From: Gammaproteobacteria bacterium
GTDB taxonomy: Bacteria > Pseudomonadota > Gammaproteobacteria > SZUA-229
DNA: 26,257 nt
Direction of reading: 5' to 3'
NCBI GenBank assembly: GCA_041563375.1
Contig: JBFFND010000001.1
Span: forward strand, 1-26,257
The notes beneath the pieces were generated by a model. The model did no database searches. It had not been told where the DNA came from and saw only the letters and a program-made list of their open reading frames with translations. Shown in pieces: positions 1 to 9,236 of this stretch. A program made the position numbers and the translations under genes. Every line of letters starts with the position of its first letter. Position 1 is the first letter of the stretch.

Positions 1-128
1 AGCATCAGGCCGCCCAGCACCGCCTGCTCGGCTTCAATCGAATGAGGCGGCACCTTGAGGCGCTGTGCACTATCCGTCTCACGGAGGGGGTAATCATTAC
101 TGGCAGGATATGATAGGGAATCTGGCAT
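1..128 (-). CDS. dnaB: Replicative DNA helicase DnaB, 5' end (partial, runs off the window)
   Basis: Hand translation from ATG at 128 gives MPDSLSYPASNDYPLRETDSAQRLKVPPHSIEAEQAVLGGLML. KVPPHSIEAEQAVLGGLML is the DnaB N-terminal signature, and the position downstream of rplI is usual. Confidence 0.93.
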   Translation of the reverse strand, partial: MPDSLSYPASNDYPLRETDSAQRLKVPPHSIEAEQAVLGGLM

Positions 129-214
129 GGTGGTTTAAAACTTAACTTATAAAAAATTAATGGTCATTATGCCTGAAAAAAATCGGCCAATTCGGCTTTT
201 CGGACATACGCCAC

Positions 215-243
215 AATATATGTAAACTACTGACAATTGGCAA
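215..243 (-). promoter_or_regulatory. Putative sigma70 promoter for dnaB
   Basis: Minus strand TTGCCA (243-238), 17-nt spacer, TATATT (220-215), about 87 nt upstream of the dnaB ATG. Confidence 0.55.
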
Positions 244-311
244 ATAATCAGCACGGCAATAACAGCCCATTCAGCTGATATTGACAAGCGCGCATTTCAG
301 GCCGCCACAAC

Positions 312-342
312 GACAACAGCCGGGCATTGCCCGGCTGTTGTC
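312..342 (-). terminator. Hairpin, probable terminator of rpsF-rpsR-rplI
   Basis: Perfect 15-bp inverted repeat GACAACAGCCGGGCA / TGCCCGGCTGTTGTC starting 24 nt after the rplI stop. The U-tract is weak. Confidence 0.65.
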
Positions 343-365
343 TATAACGCACAATAAAGTAACGC

Positions 366-818
366 TTATTCTTCGCCGATTACCGTCAGTTTAACCGTGG
401 CATCAACATCGGTGTGAAGATGAATGTCAATTTCATACTCACCCGCTTCACGCAGTGGCCCAGTTGGCATGCGCACTTCTTTCTTTTCAACTGCAGCGCC
501 GGCAGCTGTAACTGCATCAGCGATATCTGCATTACCGATAGAGCCGAACAGTTTGCCTTCAGCACCTGCCTTGGAGGTAATGCTGATGCTCATTGTGTCC
601 AGTTTGGCTTTACGCTCCTGCGCAGTTGCCAGTGCTTCAGCTTCTTTTGCTTCGAACTCGGCACGACGTGCTTCCAGCTCTTTAATGTTTTCTTCGTTGG
701 CAATCTTGGCCTTACCGAATGGCAGTAAAAAATTACGTGCAAAACCCGGCTTGACACTCACCACATCGCCCAGCTTACCCAGACGATCAACTTTTTCTAA
801 TAAAATGATATCCATCAT
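366..818 (-). CDS. rplI: 50S ribosomal protein L9
   Basis: IILLEKVDRLGKLGDVVSVKPGFARNFLLPFGKA and GKLFGSI motifs, 150 aa, follows rpsR. Confidence 0.98.
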   Translation of the reverse strand: MMDIILLEKVDRLGKLGDVVSVKPGFARNFLLPFGKAKIANEENIKELEARRAEFEAKEAEALATAQERKAKLDTMSISITSKAGAEGKLFGSIGNADIADAVTAAGAAVEKKEVRMPTGPLREAGEYEIDIHLHTDVDATVKLTVIGEE

Positions 819-863
819 TAAATCCTCTATTAAAACCTTATGCTAATCAATCAGTGAAATTGC

Positions 864-1085
864 TTAGTGCTGATCAGTGTATGGCAGCAATGCAAGATAA
901 CGCGCACGTTTAATCGCAGTGGTTACCTGACGCTGGTACTTGGCTTTTGTACCTGTAATACGTGCAGGAACAATTTTACCGGTTTCGCTGATAAAGTTTT
1001 TCAGCAGGTTAAGGTCTTTGTAGTCGCACTGGGTAATACCTTCAGCAGTGAAACGACAGAATTTTTTACGACGAAAATAAGCCAT
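864..1085 (-). CDS. rpsR: 30S ribosomal protein S18
   Basis: [26 protein letters not shown] and [13 protein letters not shown] motifs. Confidence 0.98.
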   Translation of the reverse strand: MAYFRRKKFCRFTAEGITQCDYKDLNLLKNFISETGKIVPARITGTKAKYQRQVTTAIKRARYLALLPYTDQH

Positions 1086-1116
1086 GTTTATATCCTCTCA
1101 ATAAATTAAAGCTGAA

Positions 1117-1533
1117 TTACTCAGCATCTTCAGCTTCAGCGGATACTGTGTCTTCTTCAGTATCTGCCCTTTCTGAGTTGTTATCGGCTGTGCGGTTATC
1201 AGATTTTCTGCTTTCCTCGTCCTTCAACAAAGGTGAAGGCTCGGTCACAGCTTCTTTCATCTTGATAACCATATTACGCAGTACCGCATCATTGAAACGG
1301 AACATAGACTCCAGCTCGGCCAGTTCTTCATTGCCGCACTCGATATTCATTAAGACGTAATGTGCCTTATGGATTTTATTGATTGAATAAGCCAGTTGAC
1401 GACGGCCCCAGTCTTCCAGACGGTGAATTTTTCCACCATTGGTTTCGATAATGCTCTTATAGCGCTCGATCATTGCGGGCACCTGCTCGCTCTGATCCGG
1501 GTGTACCAGAAATACTACTTCGTAATGACGCAT
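1117..1533 (-). CDS. rpsF: 30S ribosomal protein S6
   Basis: [25 protein letters not shown] and [13 protein letters not shown] motifs, acidic C-terminal tail. Confidence 0.98.
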   Translation of the reverse strand: MRHYEVVFLVHPDQSEQVPAMIERYKSIIETNGGKIHRLEDWGRRQLAYSINKIHKAHYVLMNIECGNEELAELESMFRFNDAVLRNMVIKMKEAVTEPSPLLKDEESRKSDNRTADNNSERADTEEDTVSAEAEDAE

Positions 1534-1604
1534 GATATGCTCCCTACGGTTAATGTCCCCTGCGTATAACCAGCGATAGTTCGGCTAAGCAGTAGAACAA
1601 GGAG
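1534..1604 (-). ncRNA. Probable S6:S18 ribosomal-protein leader (cis-regulatory RNA)
   Basis: The minus strand reads CTCCTTG ... GCAGGGGACATTAACCGTAGGGAGCATATC-ATG. A possible hairpin, then AACCG, then the SD fits the S6:S18 leader layout. No covariance model was run. Confidence 0.45.
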
Positions 1605-1648
1605 TTAAAGATAAAAATATGACAGCGCCACTGGGGCGAAATCACACA

Positions 1649-1685
1649 GGCCGGGCATTTTACGCGGTTTCAGCGCATAGCTCAA
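1649..1685 (-). promoter_or_regulatory. Sigma70 promoter of the rpsF operon with GC-rich discriminator
   Basis: TTGAGC (1685-1680), 17 nt, TAAAAT (1662-1657), then GCCCGGCC. This is the typical architecture of a stringently controlled promoter. Confidence 0.7.
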
Positions 1686-2133
1686 GCAAACGACCACTAT
1701 TTCTAGCGCCCACCATGGAATCGGCTGAAAACCGCCAGAAACCCGGTGCCAGGCAAAGCCCGAAAGCATAAATATCTTTATATTTCAAATAGTTATATAC
1801 AAAAAAACATGAATTCGGCCGCTCATTGCATAGAATAGACACCTGTCAGCAGAGCTACCGGGCGAGGTTTTATGTGCAATCTTATCCGGAATTACCCTGG
1901 CCGAGCCCGGTAAATGCCGGTATAAAGTTCGCCGATACATCAGTACGGTCGTTTCTAACAACCCCCTGGCAACTTATGCGCACAACCTGTTGAGGAAGAT
2001 TGAACAAACACTAACTGGCTAGAACAGCTGACCTGAATGCTGTACAGCATATTATTAATCATGAGCAGCTATGCCATTATGCAAGCCCGATGGGATGCTT
2101 TAATGATCACTGTAATAGCCACGACATATTTTA

Positions 2134-2177
2134 TTAACATAACCCGCACATCACCTTAACATTCTGGTAACAAATCC
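2134..2177. promoter_or_regulatory. Four 11-bp-period direct repeats upstream of the porin gene
   Basis: TTAACATaacc / CGCACATcacc / TTAACATtctg / GTAACAAatcc start at 2134, 2145, 2156 and 2167. Confidence 0.45.
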
Positions 2178-2241
2178 GGAATAGGATTGCGCCATCGAAA
2201 TTAATCAAATCATTTGTGACCACCTAGAGGAAAATTAGTTT

Positions 2242-3228
2242 ATGAAAACTTTCACAAAAAACGCGACAGCCCTTGCTATTTTAGCTGCACTTGCAGCACC
2301 TGGCATTGCCTCAGCTGAAGCGACGCTGTACGGCAAAGCACATCTTTCATTTGGTTCTGTATCTGAAGATGATGGCGTAACTGATGCCAGCTCTACAGCG
2401 GTTACATCCCATGCTTCTCGTGTAGGCATTAAGGGCACTCTGGATACCGATGGCACAGCAAAGGTAATCTATAAGTTTGAGTGGGAAGTTGATATGGCTG
2501 ATGAGAAGAATGCGTCTGACAACAATATCAAATCACGTTCACAGTTTGTGGGCATCAAAGACAGCTGGGGCCAGGTTCGCATTGGCCGTGACGACTCACC
2601 TTACAAACTGGCTGGCAAGAAAAATGTTGAATTCCTGAGCGACACCTGGGCAGACTTCAATAACATTATTGACAAGGGTCAGGACACACGTAATGATGAC
2701 TCGATTGCCTACTGGGGTGATATTGGACCAGGCAAACTGGGTGTAGCATATGCCGCAGGTGAAGATGCCCCCACAGCTGGTGAAAATGCAGGCGAGTCAA
2801 CCAGCATCGCCTATGACATGAAGATGGGTAGCATCGGTTTCGCACTGGCCACTCAAACCATCGAGAAATCTGCGACTAATGATGAAACCGGCACTAAATT
2901 CTCTTTTGGTTATAAAATGGGCGATACCAAGCTGGGTCTGATGTATGAAACCGTTGAAGATGACAACACTCTGGACGACAAAAACACCTTTGTAAGTGTT
3001 AATCACAGCCTGAGCAAGACAGACAGCATCGTATTTGCCTATGGTACTAAAGACCAGGGTGCAGCGGATGATGCTACGATGACAGCACTTGCCTATAAGC
3101 ACAAAATGGGTAAAGGCCTTGAACTATACGGTCTGTATGCTGATGGTGCTGATGGTGGCCTGAATGACGCGTCTAAACTGGCGGGTGATGGCTCTGCTAT
3201 CGTTGCCGGTATGGTAGCCAAGTTCTAA
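2242..3228 (+). CDS. General outer-membrane porin (Gram-negative porin family)
   Basis: Signal peptide ending ASA, mature start EATLYGKAHLS, SRVGIKG, KSRSQFVGIKDSWGQVRIGR, alternating beta-strand pattern, C-terminal Phe, RBS AGAGG. Confidence 0.9.
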   Translation: MKTFTKNATALAILAALAAPGIASAEATLYGKAHLSFGSVSEDDGVTDASSTAVTSHASRVGIKGTLDTDGTAKVIYKFEWEVDMADEKNASDNNIKSRSQFVGIKDSWGQVRIGRDDSPYKLAGKKNVEFLSDTWADFNNIIDKGQDTRNDDSIAYWGDIGPGKLGVAYAAGEDAPTAGENAGESTSIAYDMKMGSIGFALATQTIEKSATNDETGTKFSFGYKMGDTKLGLMYETVEDDNTLDDKNTFVSVNHSLSKTDSIVFAYGTKDQGAADDATMTALAYKHKMGKGLELYGLYADGADGGLNDASKLAGDGSAIVAGMVAKF

Positions 3229-3324
3229 TTGTGACTACTGTATAACTCCGGAGCAGGCAACAGTCTGCCCCGGAGCTAGTCATAACTATAAAGATAAGAC
3301 TCCTGCAGACTGGTCATCTGCATT

Positions 3325-3352
3325 AGCACCTAGTTAACACAGGTGCTTTTTT
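3325..3352 (+). terminator. Rho-independent terminator of the porin gene
   Basis: AGCACCT / AGGTGCT stem, 9-nt loop, followed by a T run. A second hairpin lies at 3246-3275. Confidence 0.65.
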
Positions 3353-3395
3353 GCGTAAACCTTTAACCGTTATATTAACCAGACTCAATCCCGAA

Positions 3396-4784
3396 TCAGG
3401 CACGTCTCCAGCTGGTTTCGCCAGCCTTGTCTTCCAGTTCAATACCCTGCTCTTTTAGCTCATCTCGAATACGATCCGCCTCACCCCAGTTTTTATCTGC
3501 CTTGGCCTGTGTGCGTTGTGTAATCAGTTCATCAATCTGCTGATCACTCAAACCGTCGCTGCTGTTACCGGCACTTTTCAGATAGGCCTCAGGGTCTTCC
3601 TGCAACAGCCCCAGTATACCGCCCAGATGCTTCAATGTTGCCGCCAGTGAGGCCGCACGTGCCGGCTCACTGCTTTTCAGCTTATTGATCTGGCTGGCCA
3701 GATCAAACAGCACCGCAATCGCTTCGGAAGTATTAAAGTCTTCATTCATTGCATCCTTAAAGCGACTGACATATTCATCGCAAGCGCTATCCATCTCGCC
3801 GATGTCAGTATCACGCAGGGCAGTGTATAAACGGCTCAGTGCAGCACCGGCACTGTCCAGCATCTGGTCCGAATAATTCAACGGGCTGCGATAATGACTG
3901 GCCAGAATGAAGTAGCGCACATCCTCCGCACGGTAACGCTCAAGTATTTCACGCACGGTAAAAAAATTGCCCAGTGACTTGGACATTTTTTCATCATCGA
4001 TGCGCACAAAGCCATTGTGCATCCAGGTGTGAACAAACTTCTCACCGGTGGCGGCTTCGGATTGTGCAATCTCATTTTCGTGATGCGGGAATTGCAGATC
4101 CTGGCCACCACCGTGAATATCAAAGGTATTACCCAGGCAACAGGTCGACATGGCAGAACATTCAATGTGCCAGCCAGGGCGCCCCCTGCCCCAGGGTGAT
4201 TCCCAGAAAGGCTCACCAGGTTTGGCCGCTTTCCACAAGACAAAATCAAGCGGGTCATCCTTAAACTCATCCACCGCAATGCGTTCACCTGCGCGCAGTT
4301 CATCGGTTTTCTTGCCGGACAAACGACCATAGTCGGCAAACTTGCTCACGTCATAATAAACATCACCGTTCTCTGCAGCATAGGCATAACCTTTTTGCTG
4401 CAGTACCGTGATCATCTCGATAATGTCCTGCATGGATGTGGTTGCGCGTGGTTCTTCATCGGGTGGTAATACACCCAGCGCCTCGGCGTCCTCGTGCATT
4501 GCCTGAATAAATCGTTCGGTCAGCAGATTGAAATCCTCACCTTTTTCATTGGCACGCTGAATAATCTTGTCGTCAATATCGGTGACATTACGTACATAAG
4601 TCACCTCGTAACCCAGCGATCTGAAATAGCGGGTGACCATATCGAACACCACCAGTACTCGCGCGTGCCCCAGGTGACACAGGTCGTATACGGTCATACC
4701 GCAAACATACATGCTGACCTTACCGGGAATAATGGGTTTGAATTCTTCTTTCTGACGGGTGTAACTGTTATAAATTTTTAGCAT
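3396..4784 (-). CDS. cysS: Cysteine--tRNA ligase
   Basis: [17 protein letters not shown] (HIGH-like), [29 protein letters not shown] and KMSKS motifs. Confidence 0.99.
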   Translation of the reverse strand: MLKIYNSYTRQKEEFKPIIPGKVSMYVCGMTVYDLCHLGHARVLVVFDMVTRYFRSLGYEVTYVRNVTDIDDKIIQRANEKGEDFNLLTERFIQAMHEDAEALGVLPPDEEPRATTSMQDIIEMITVLQQKGYAYAAENGDVYYDVSKFADYGRLSGKKTDELRAGERIAVDEFKDDPLDFVLWKAAKPGEPFWESPWGRGRPGWHIECSAMSTCCLGNTFDIHGGGQDLQFPHHENEIAQSEAATGEKFVHTWMHNGFVRIDDEKMSKSLGNFFTVREILERYRAEDVRYFILASHYRSPLNYSDQMLDSAGAALSRLYTALRDTDIGEMDSACDEYVSRFKDAMNEDFNTSEAIAVLFDLASQINKLKSSEPARAASLAATLKHLGGILGLLQEDPEAYLKSAGNSSDGLSDQQIDELITQRTQAKADKNWGEADRIRDELKEQGIELEDKAGETSWRRA

Positions 4785-4870
4785 TGCTTACTTTAAAAAC
4801 GAATTGAAAGACCTGAATGGTTTATTATACAGTGGTTTTAAGCTTCTCGCTTTTCATTTGGAGAACCCGC

Positions 4871-5344
4871 ATGATTAAAGTCTTATTCGTCTGTATGGGC
4901 AATATTTGCAGATCACCCACCGCAGAAGGCGTGTTCCGACATGTAGTCCAGCAGGCCGGGCTTGCCGATAAAATCCATACCGACTCCGCTGGCACCCACG
5001 CCTATCACATCGGCGAGCCACCGGATTCCCGTGCCCAGCAGACAGCCCGTAAACGGGGCATAGTGCTTGATGATCTGCGGGGCCGCAAGGTCGAGGCCGA
5101 TGACTTCAGTCACTTTGATTATGTACTGGCAATGGATCACAGTAATCACACCAACCTGCGACAACTGGCCGGTAGCGATGCAGATAAGCTGCATATGTTC
5201 CTGCAGTTTGCAGAAAATTTTGATGAGCAGGAAGTGCCCGACCCCTACTACGGTGGTGACCAGGGTTTTGAACATGTGTTCGATCTGGTGGAAGATGCCT
5301 CTGCCGGCCTGCTGGCGCATATCCGCAAACAGCATAGTCTGTAG
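4871..5344 (+). CDS. Low-molecular-weight protein-tyrosine phosphatase
   Basis: P-loop VCMGNICRSPTAE and DPYY motifs. I moved the start from 4817 to ATG 4871, which has GGAG upstream. Confidence 0.93.
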   Translation: MIKVLFVCMGNICRSPTAEGVFRHVVQQAGLADKIHTDSAGTHAYHIGEPPDSRAQQTARKRGIVLDDLRGRKVEADDFSHFDYVLAMDHSNHTNLRQLAGSDADKLHMFLQFAENFDEQEVPDPYYGGDQGFEHVFDLVEDASAGLLAHIRKQHSL

Positions 5345-5381
5345 CGCATAAAAAGTACAAACCAGCCTGTACGACGTTTGC

Positions 5382-5498
5382 CTTAAAAAGAAAACGCAAA
5401 TGAACGCGAACAACGCAAATAGACGCGATTAAAACCTTAGTTCTTCAGAATTTGGCGTTCATTCGCGGTTTTCGCGTTGTTAGCGTTAACTTTTTAAG
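5382..5498. repeat. Palindromic miniature repeat element built from AACGC(G/A)AA(T/C)-type units
   Basis: Terminal inverted 9-mers CTTAAAAAG / CTTTTTAAG, inverted arms of roughly 9-nt units and an AT-rich spacer of about 20 nt. The 20-mer at 5403-5422 is identical to the reverse complement of 22007-22026. Confidence 0.8.
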
Positions 5499-5589
5499 AA
5501 GAGGTTATTTATATAACAGCAAACATGGATGTCCAGATTGGGTTTCTCATTTGACTAATGACGAAGGACCAACGACCAACGACGCTTCG

Positions 5590-5675
5590 CCTGCCTCCCG
5601 CGGAATACCGTACTTCCTGTACATAACCGCTATCGGCGTCCTGCCTCCCGCGGAATACCGCACGTCCTGTGCATA
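5590..5675. repeat. REP-like tandem direct repeat, 50-bp period
   Basis: CCTGCCTCCCGCGGAATACCG(T/C)AC(T/G)TCCTGT(A/G)CATA at 5590-5625 and 5640-5675: 36 bp with 3 mismatches. Confidence 0.85.
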
Positions 5676-5705
5676 AAAAAGCCACTCGATTGAGTGGCTT
5701 TTTAT
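5674..5705. terminator. Bidirectional Rho-independent terminator downstream of rne
   Basis: AAAAAGCCACTC-GATT-GAGTGGCTTTTT, with A and T tracts on both sides. Confidence 0.85.
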
Positions 5706-5739
5706 GGTCTTCTATTTCAGGCCATAAACAGCGACCTGA

Positions 5740-8730
5740 TCAGGAAGGAAACTCCCAGGGTTTGCGTTCAGATTTTTCTGCCGATGCAGCCTGTGCCTTA
5801 TCCTGTGTCGAGGAGCGTTTATCTTCCTTGTTTGCTGTGCCTGCACTGGCTGTCTTAGCCTGGTCGTCTGCCTGGGGCTTTTTCTCTGCCACTGGTGCAG
5901 ACCCGGCTGACTGATCCGCTGACGACTTAAACTCCCGTGGTTCGGGTTGTTTAGCCGCCGGCCTGGCGCTGGCAGCTGGCTCGGCTTTAGCCTCTGTTTT
6001 TCCCACTGTCGGCTTCTCAGCGACCTGTGCGGCTGGCTTTGCTGCCGCATCAGTGCTGTCAACGGCTTGCGGCTTACTATCTGCTACCTTTTCCGCATTT
6101 TTTTCAGCTGGTTTTGCCGCGGTTTTTACATCCGCCTGCACTGCTGATTCGTTAGTCGCCGGACGCATCTGCGGCTTATTCTCAGACCCTGAGTCCGCCC
6201 TGGCACCTGATCGGCTGTCCGGCTTTGTCTCGGTCTTCGGCTCGCTACCCGCAGCAGGTGTATCGGTCTTTGCTGCTACAGGCTTATCAACTCCTGAAGA
6301 CTTCTCTTCAGGACTGGACGAGCGACCCTGTGGTGACTTTTTCTCAGATGACTTATCTGTAGATTGATCAGCGGGTTTCTCGACTGCTTTATCTACCCCT
6401 TTTTCAGCAGCCTTTTGAGCTGGTGCGTCTGCGGCTTTATCAGCAATTTTTTCAGCCGGCTTGTCCTGTACTTTCTCAGATGACCTGTGCCCTGCCCTGT
6501 CAGCAGACTTCTCTGATGTTACCGGCTTCTGCGACGGGTTATCCTGTTGTGCTGATTCAGCAGACTGGTCGGCTGACGACTGCTGCTCATTCTGCTGACG
6601 AGTATCCGTGCGGTTACTGCGACGACGACCACGACCACGGCGATTACCACGGCGACTACGTGTTTCCTGCTGCTCTGAAGAATCGGTCTGTTTTGACTCT
6701 GCCGGAGCATTGTCGCTTTTCACCGTTTCCTGTGCGTCTTTATCTTTTGCTGGTTCACGTCTGGGCTTGCGCTCTGCTTGCTTGCGACTGTCTTTTTTAG
6801 CACCGCTATCCTTGCGAGCATCAGAACGGCTGTCCTGCTGACGCCCCTCCTGTTGACGACCCTGGCGGCTGCTACGGCTTTTTTCCCCGCGGGCATCACT
6901 GCGACTGTCGGTGCGCTTACCTGTGCGACGAGTGCCACGGCTATCAGCAGTGCGATCAGTACGTGTGCGCTTGCTGCTCGACTCAGCGGATTCTTCTTCA
7001 GACTCATCGGCACCAAACAGGGCCTTGAACAAACGCGGAATCAGACCCAGTGCCGGTGCTTCCTGCGATGCTTCCTGCGATGCTTTCTGCGCTGCTTTCT
7101 TTTCTACCACCGGCGCTGGTTGTGCCGGAGTTACCGACTGCACCGCGGGTTTTTCCGCAACATTGGTATTGTCCGCTTCTCTGCTGGGCAGATACACGGC
7201 TTCTTCACTGTCAGCCAGATCATAGGATTTGGTATCCTCATAGGCCTGACTTTCCGAAATCCGCACACGGGTCACCTCGTAGTGCGGTGTCTCCATAGAC
7301 TTGTCGGCAATGAAGGAGATTTCCACCCCGGTACGGGCTTCGATATCAATCAGATCACGACGCTTTTCATTAAAGATAAAGGTCGAGACCTCAACCGGCA
7401 CCTGGATTATCACACGGCCGGTATGTTCCTTGAGTGCTTCTTCCTCGGCAATGCGCAACAGCGAGAGTGATAGCGATTCGATATTACGGATGGTGCCATA
7501 GCCATTACAGCGCGGGCAGACAATCTGTGTCGCCTCGCCCAGTGATGGGCGCAGACGTTGACGTGACATTTCCAGCAGACCAAAGCGGGAAATACGTCCT
7601 ACCTGCACACGGGCACGGTCCATTTTCAGGGCATCCCGCAGACGATTCTCAACCGCCCGCTGGTTTTTATTCGCCATCATGTCAATAAAGTCGATCACCA
7701 CCAGACCACCCAGGTCACGCAGGCGTAACTGACGCGCGATTTCATCCGCGGCTTCCAGGTTGGTATTGGTAGCAGTTTCCTCGATATCACTGCCCTTGGT
7801 GGCACGTGCCGAGTTGATATCGATAGAGATCAGTGCTTCGGTATGGTCGATCACAATCGCGCCGCCGGATGGCAGGCTGACTTCACGCTGATAGGCCGAT
7901 TCAATCTGGCCTTCGATCTGGTAACGGTTAAACAGCGGGATGCTATCGTCCTGGTACAGTTTCAGCTTTCGCTGGCTGTTGGGCATCACCTGTTTTACGA
8001 AGTCTTCGGCGGTTTTATATACATCCGGGTTATCAATCAGGATTTCACCGATATCTTCACGGAAGTAATCACGCAGCGCACGGATAATCACATTGCTTTC
8101 CTGGTAGATCAGGAAAGGCGCATCACGTTCCGCAGCAGCTTTTTCGATCGCGCTCCATACCTGCACCTGGTAGTCCATATCCCATTGCAGTTCTTCCGTT
8201 GCACGCCCCACACCGGCGGTGCGCACAATCAGCCCCATACCCTGGGGAATTTCCAGACCATTCATGGCTTCGCGGATTTCTTTACGGTCATCACCCTCGA
8301 TGCGACGGGACACGCCGCCAGCGCGCGGGTTATTTGGCATCAGTACCAGATAGCGGCCTGCCAGCGACAGGAAGGTGGTCAGGGCCGCACCCTTGTTGCC
8401 ACGCTCTTCCTTGTCGACCTGAACAATAACCTGCTGGCCTTCCTTGATGGCACTGCGAATATCCGGGCGGCCGGAGGCATTGCGGGCTTCTTCGGTAAAG
8501 TAGCTGCGGGAGATTTCTTTAAAAGGTAAAAAGCCGTGGCGTTCAGCGCCATAGTCAACAAAGGCGGCTTCCAGGCTGGGTTCAACCCGGGTAATTGTGC
8601 CTTTGTAGATACTGGCTTTCTTCTGTTCGCGAGAGGCGACTTCGATATCCAGATCGTAGAGCTGCTGACCATCGACCATGGCCACGCGAGTCTCCTCTTT
8701 CTGGAGTGCGTTTATAAGGATTCGTTTCAT
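5740..8730 (-). CDS. rne: Ribonuclease E
   Basis: [56 protein letters not shown] and CPRC motifs. Amphipathic [13 protein letters not shown] and a long disordered R-rich then A/K/P/E-rich tail. Confidence 0.99.
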   Translation of the reverse strand: MKRILINALQKEETRVAMVDGQQLYDLDIEVASREQKKASIYKGTITRVEPSLEAAFVDYGAERHGFLPFKEISRSYFTEEARNASGRPDIRSAIKEGQQVIVQVDKEERGNKGAALTTFLSLAGRYLVLMPNNPRAGGVSRRIEGDDRKEIREAMNGLEIPQGMGLIVRTAGVGRATEELQWDMDYQVQVWSAIEKAAAERDAPFLIYQESNVIIRALRDYFREDIGEILIDNPDVYKTAEDFVKQVMPNSQRKLKLYQDDSIPLFNRYQIEGQIESAYQREVSLPSGGAIVIDHTEALISIDINSARATKGSDIEETATNTNLEAADEIARQLRLRDLGGLVVIDFIDMMANKNQRAVENRLRDALKMDRARVQVGRISRFGLLEMSRQRLRPSLGEATQIVCPRCNGYGTIRNIESLSLSLLRIAEEEALKEHTGRVIIQVPVEVSTFIFNEKRRDLIDIEARTGVEISFIADKSMETPHYEVTRVRISESQAYEDTKSYDLADSEEAVYLPSREADNTNVAEKPAVQSVTPAQPAPVVEKKAAQKASQEASQEAPALGLIPRLFKALFGADESEEESAESSSKRTRTDRTADSRGTRRTGKRTDSRSDARGEKSRSSRQGRQQEGRQQDSRSDARKDSGAKKDSRKQAERKPRREPAKDKDAQETVKSDNAPAESKQTDSSEQQETRSRRGNRRGRGRRRSNRTDTRQQNEQQSSADQSAESAQQDNPSQKPVTSEKSADRAGHRSSEKVQDKPAEKIADKAADAPAQKAAEKGVDKAVEKPADQSTDKSSEKKSPQGRSSSPEEKSSGVDKPVAAKTDTPAAGSEPKTETKPDSRSGARADSGSENKPQMRPATNESAVQADVKTAAKPAEKNAEKVADSKPQAVDSTDAAAKPAAQVAEKPTVGKTEAKAEPAASARPAAKQPEPREFKSSADQSAGSAPVAEKKPQADDQAKTASAGTANKEDKRSSTQDKAQAASAEKSERKPWEFPS

Positions 8731-9135
8731 TGGAATGTAAACCTAGTGTAGATTGACACCCTGATCTTGACTGCAGCGGTACAAGGCTGAGCTGTTGCTG
8801 AATGGCGCCGGTGACCTCACCAGGCTTGGCCATAAGAAACAGATAAACAGCCACTACCCACTCCTGCAGTGACACAGACGGCTGTATTGCATTGTGATGC
8901 AAGCCGGTCACATTGGGCGTGTGCAGTTGTTTGATTAAGTTGTTGATCAGAGAAAATGTCATGATTTGTTAGTTTGTTGTGGCAGATTTACGGCTCTGTC
9001 GCACCATCTTGGGTTTATAGCTTGTCGCATAAACCCGGATTCTTTAGTTAACTCCGGCAGGTTTTAATGCCCTGAGTGCCCCTGAATAGCCCACCCTGCT
9101 CACAAAGTGATCAAATAATAACTACAAACATGCTG

Positions 9136-9148
9136 TAAGTCATTGATT
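9136..9148 (-). promoter_or_regulatory. IHF consensus site in the rne/rluC divergent region
   Basis: Minus strand AATCAATGACTTA matches WATCAANNNNTTR exactly. Confidence 0.5.
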
Positions 9149-9221
9149 TTAAGGGCGAATAAAAAACTTCTATTTGCGGAACAGATACAGTCTTACAAAT
9201 TTCAGCAAGCGGGACAAGCTT

Positions 9222-9230
9222 TGTTATGAT
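9222..9230 (+). promoter_or_regulatory. Extended -10 promoter element for rluC
   Basis: TG-T-TATGAT ends 6 nt before the ATG at 9237. Confidence 0.5.
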
Positions 9231-9236
9231 ACGCCC

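Noticed and set aside
1086-1116. Absence of priB between rpsF and rpsR
   Set aside because: Many non-enteric Gammaproteobacteria lack priB here, so this is ordinary.
1660-1842. 60-aa ORF upstream of rpsF
   Set aside because: It overlaps the rpsF promoter, has no motif and has intergenic composition.
1967-1981. Possible sigma-54 promoter TGGCAAC-N4-GCGC upstream of the porin gene
   Set aside because: GG-N10-GC spacing is present, but the TT before the -12 GC is missing and the site is about 260 nt from the gene.
1534-2241. tRNA or sRNA gene in the 700-bp rpsF-porin intergenic region
   Set aside because: No cloverleaf, TTCRA T-loop with CCA end, or promoter-terminator pair was recognisable.
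4804-4852. Overlapping divergent promoters for cysS and the phosphatase gene
   Set aside because: A perfect TATAAT (minus strand, 4824-4829) has no credible -35, and the plus-strand TTGAAA has no well-spaced -10. Too weak to call.
5504-5517. GTTAT-N4-ATAAC palindrome
   Set aside because: Short, AT-rich, between convergent genes, with no promoter context.
5590-5675. 36-bp direct repeats as a CRISPR mini-array
   Set aside because: Only two units, a 14-nt spacer, no cas genes, and the spacer is part of the repeating 50-bp unit.
7057-7100. 12-bp tandem repeat inside rne
   Set aside because: In-frame low-complexity expansion (AQKA/SQEA) in a disordered tail, common in RNase E.
6778-8529. Long antisense ORFs opposite rne (230 aa, 228 aa), and similar ORFs opposite other genes
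   Set aside because: Shadow ORFs expected from codon bias and low complexity, with no motifs.
8582-8962. 126-aa ORF in the rne 5' region overlapping rne out of frame
   Set aside because: No recognisable motif, and it spans a long structured UTR. Most likely chance; ribosome profiling would be needed to revive it.
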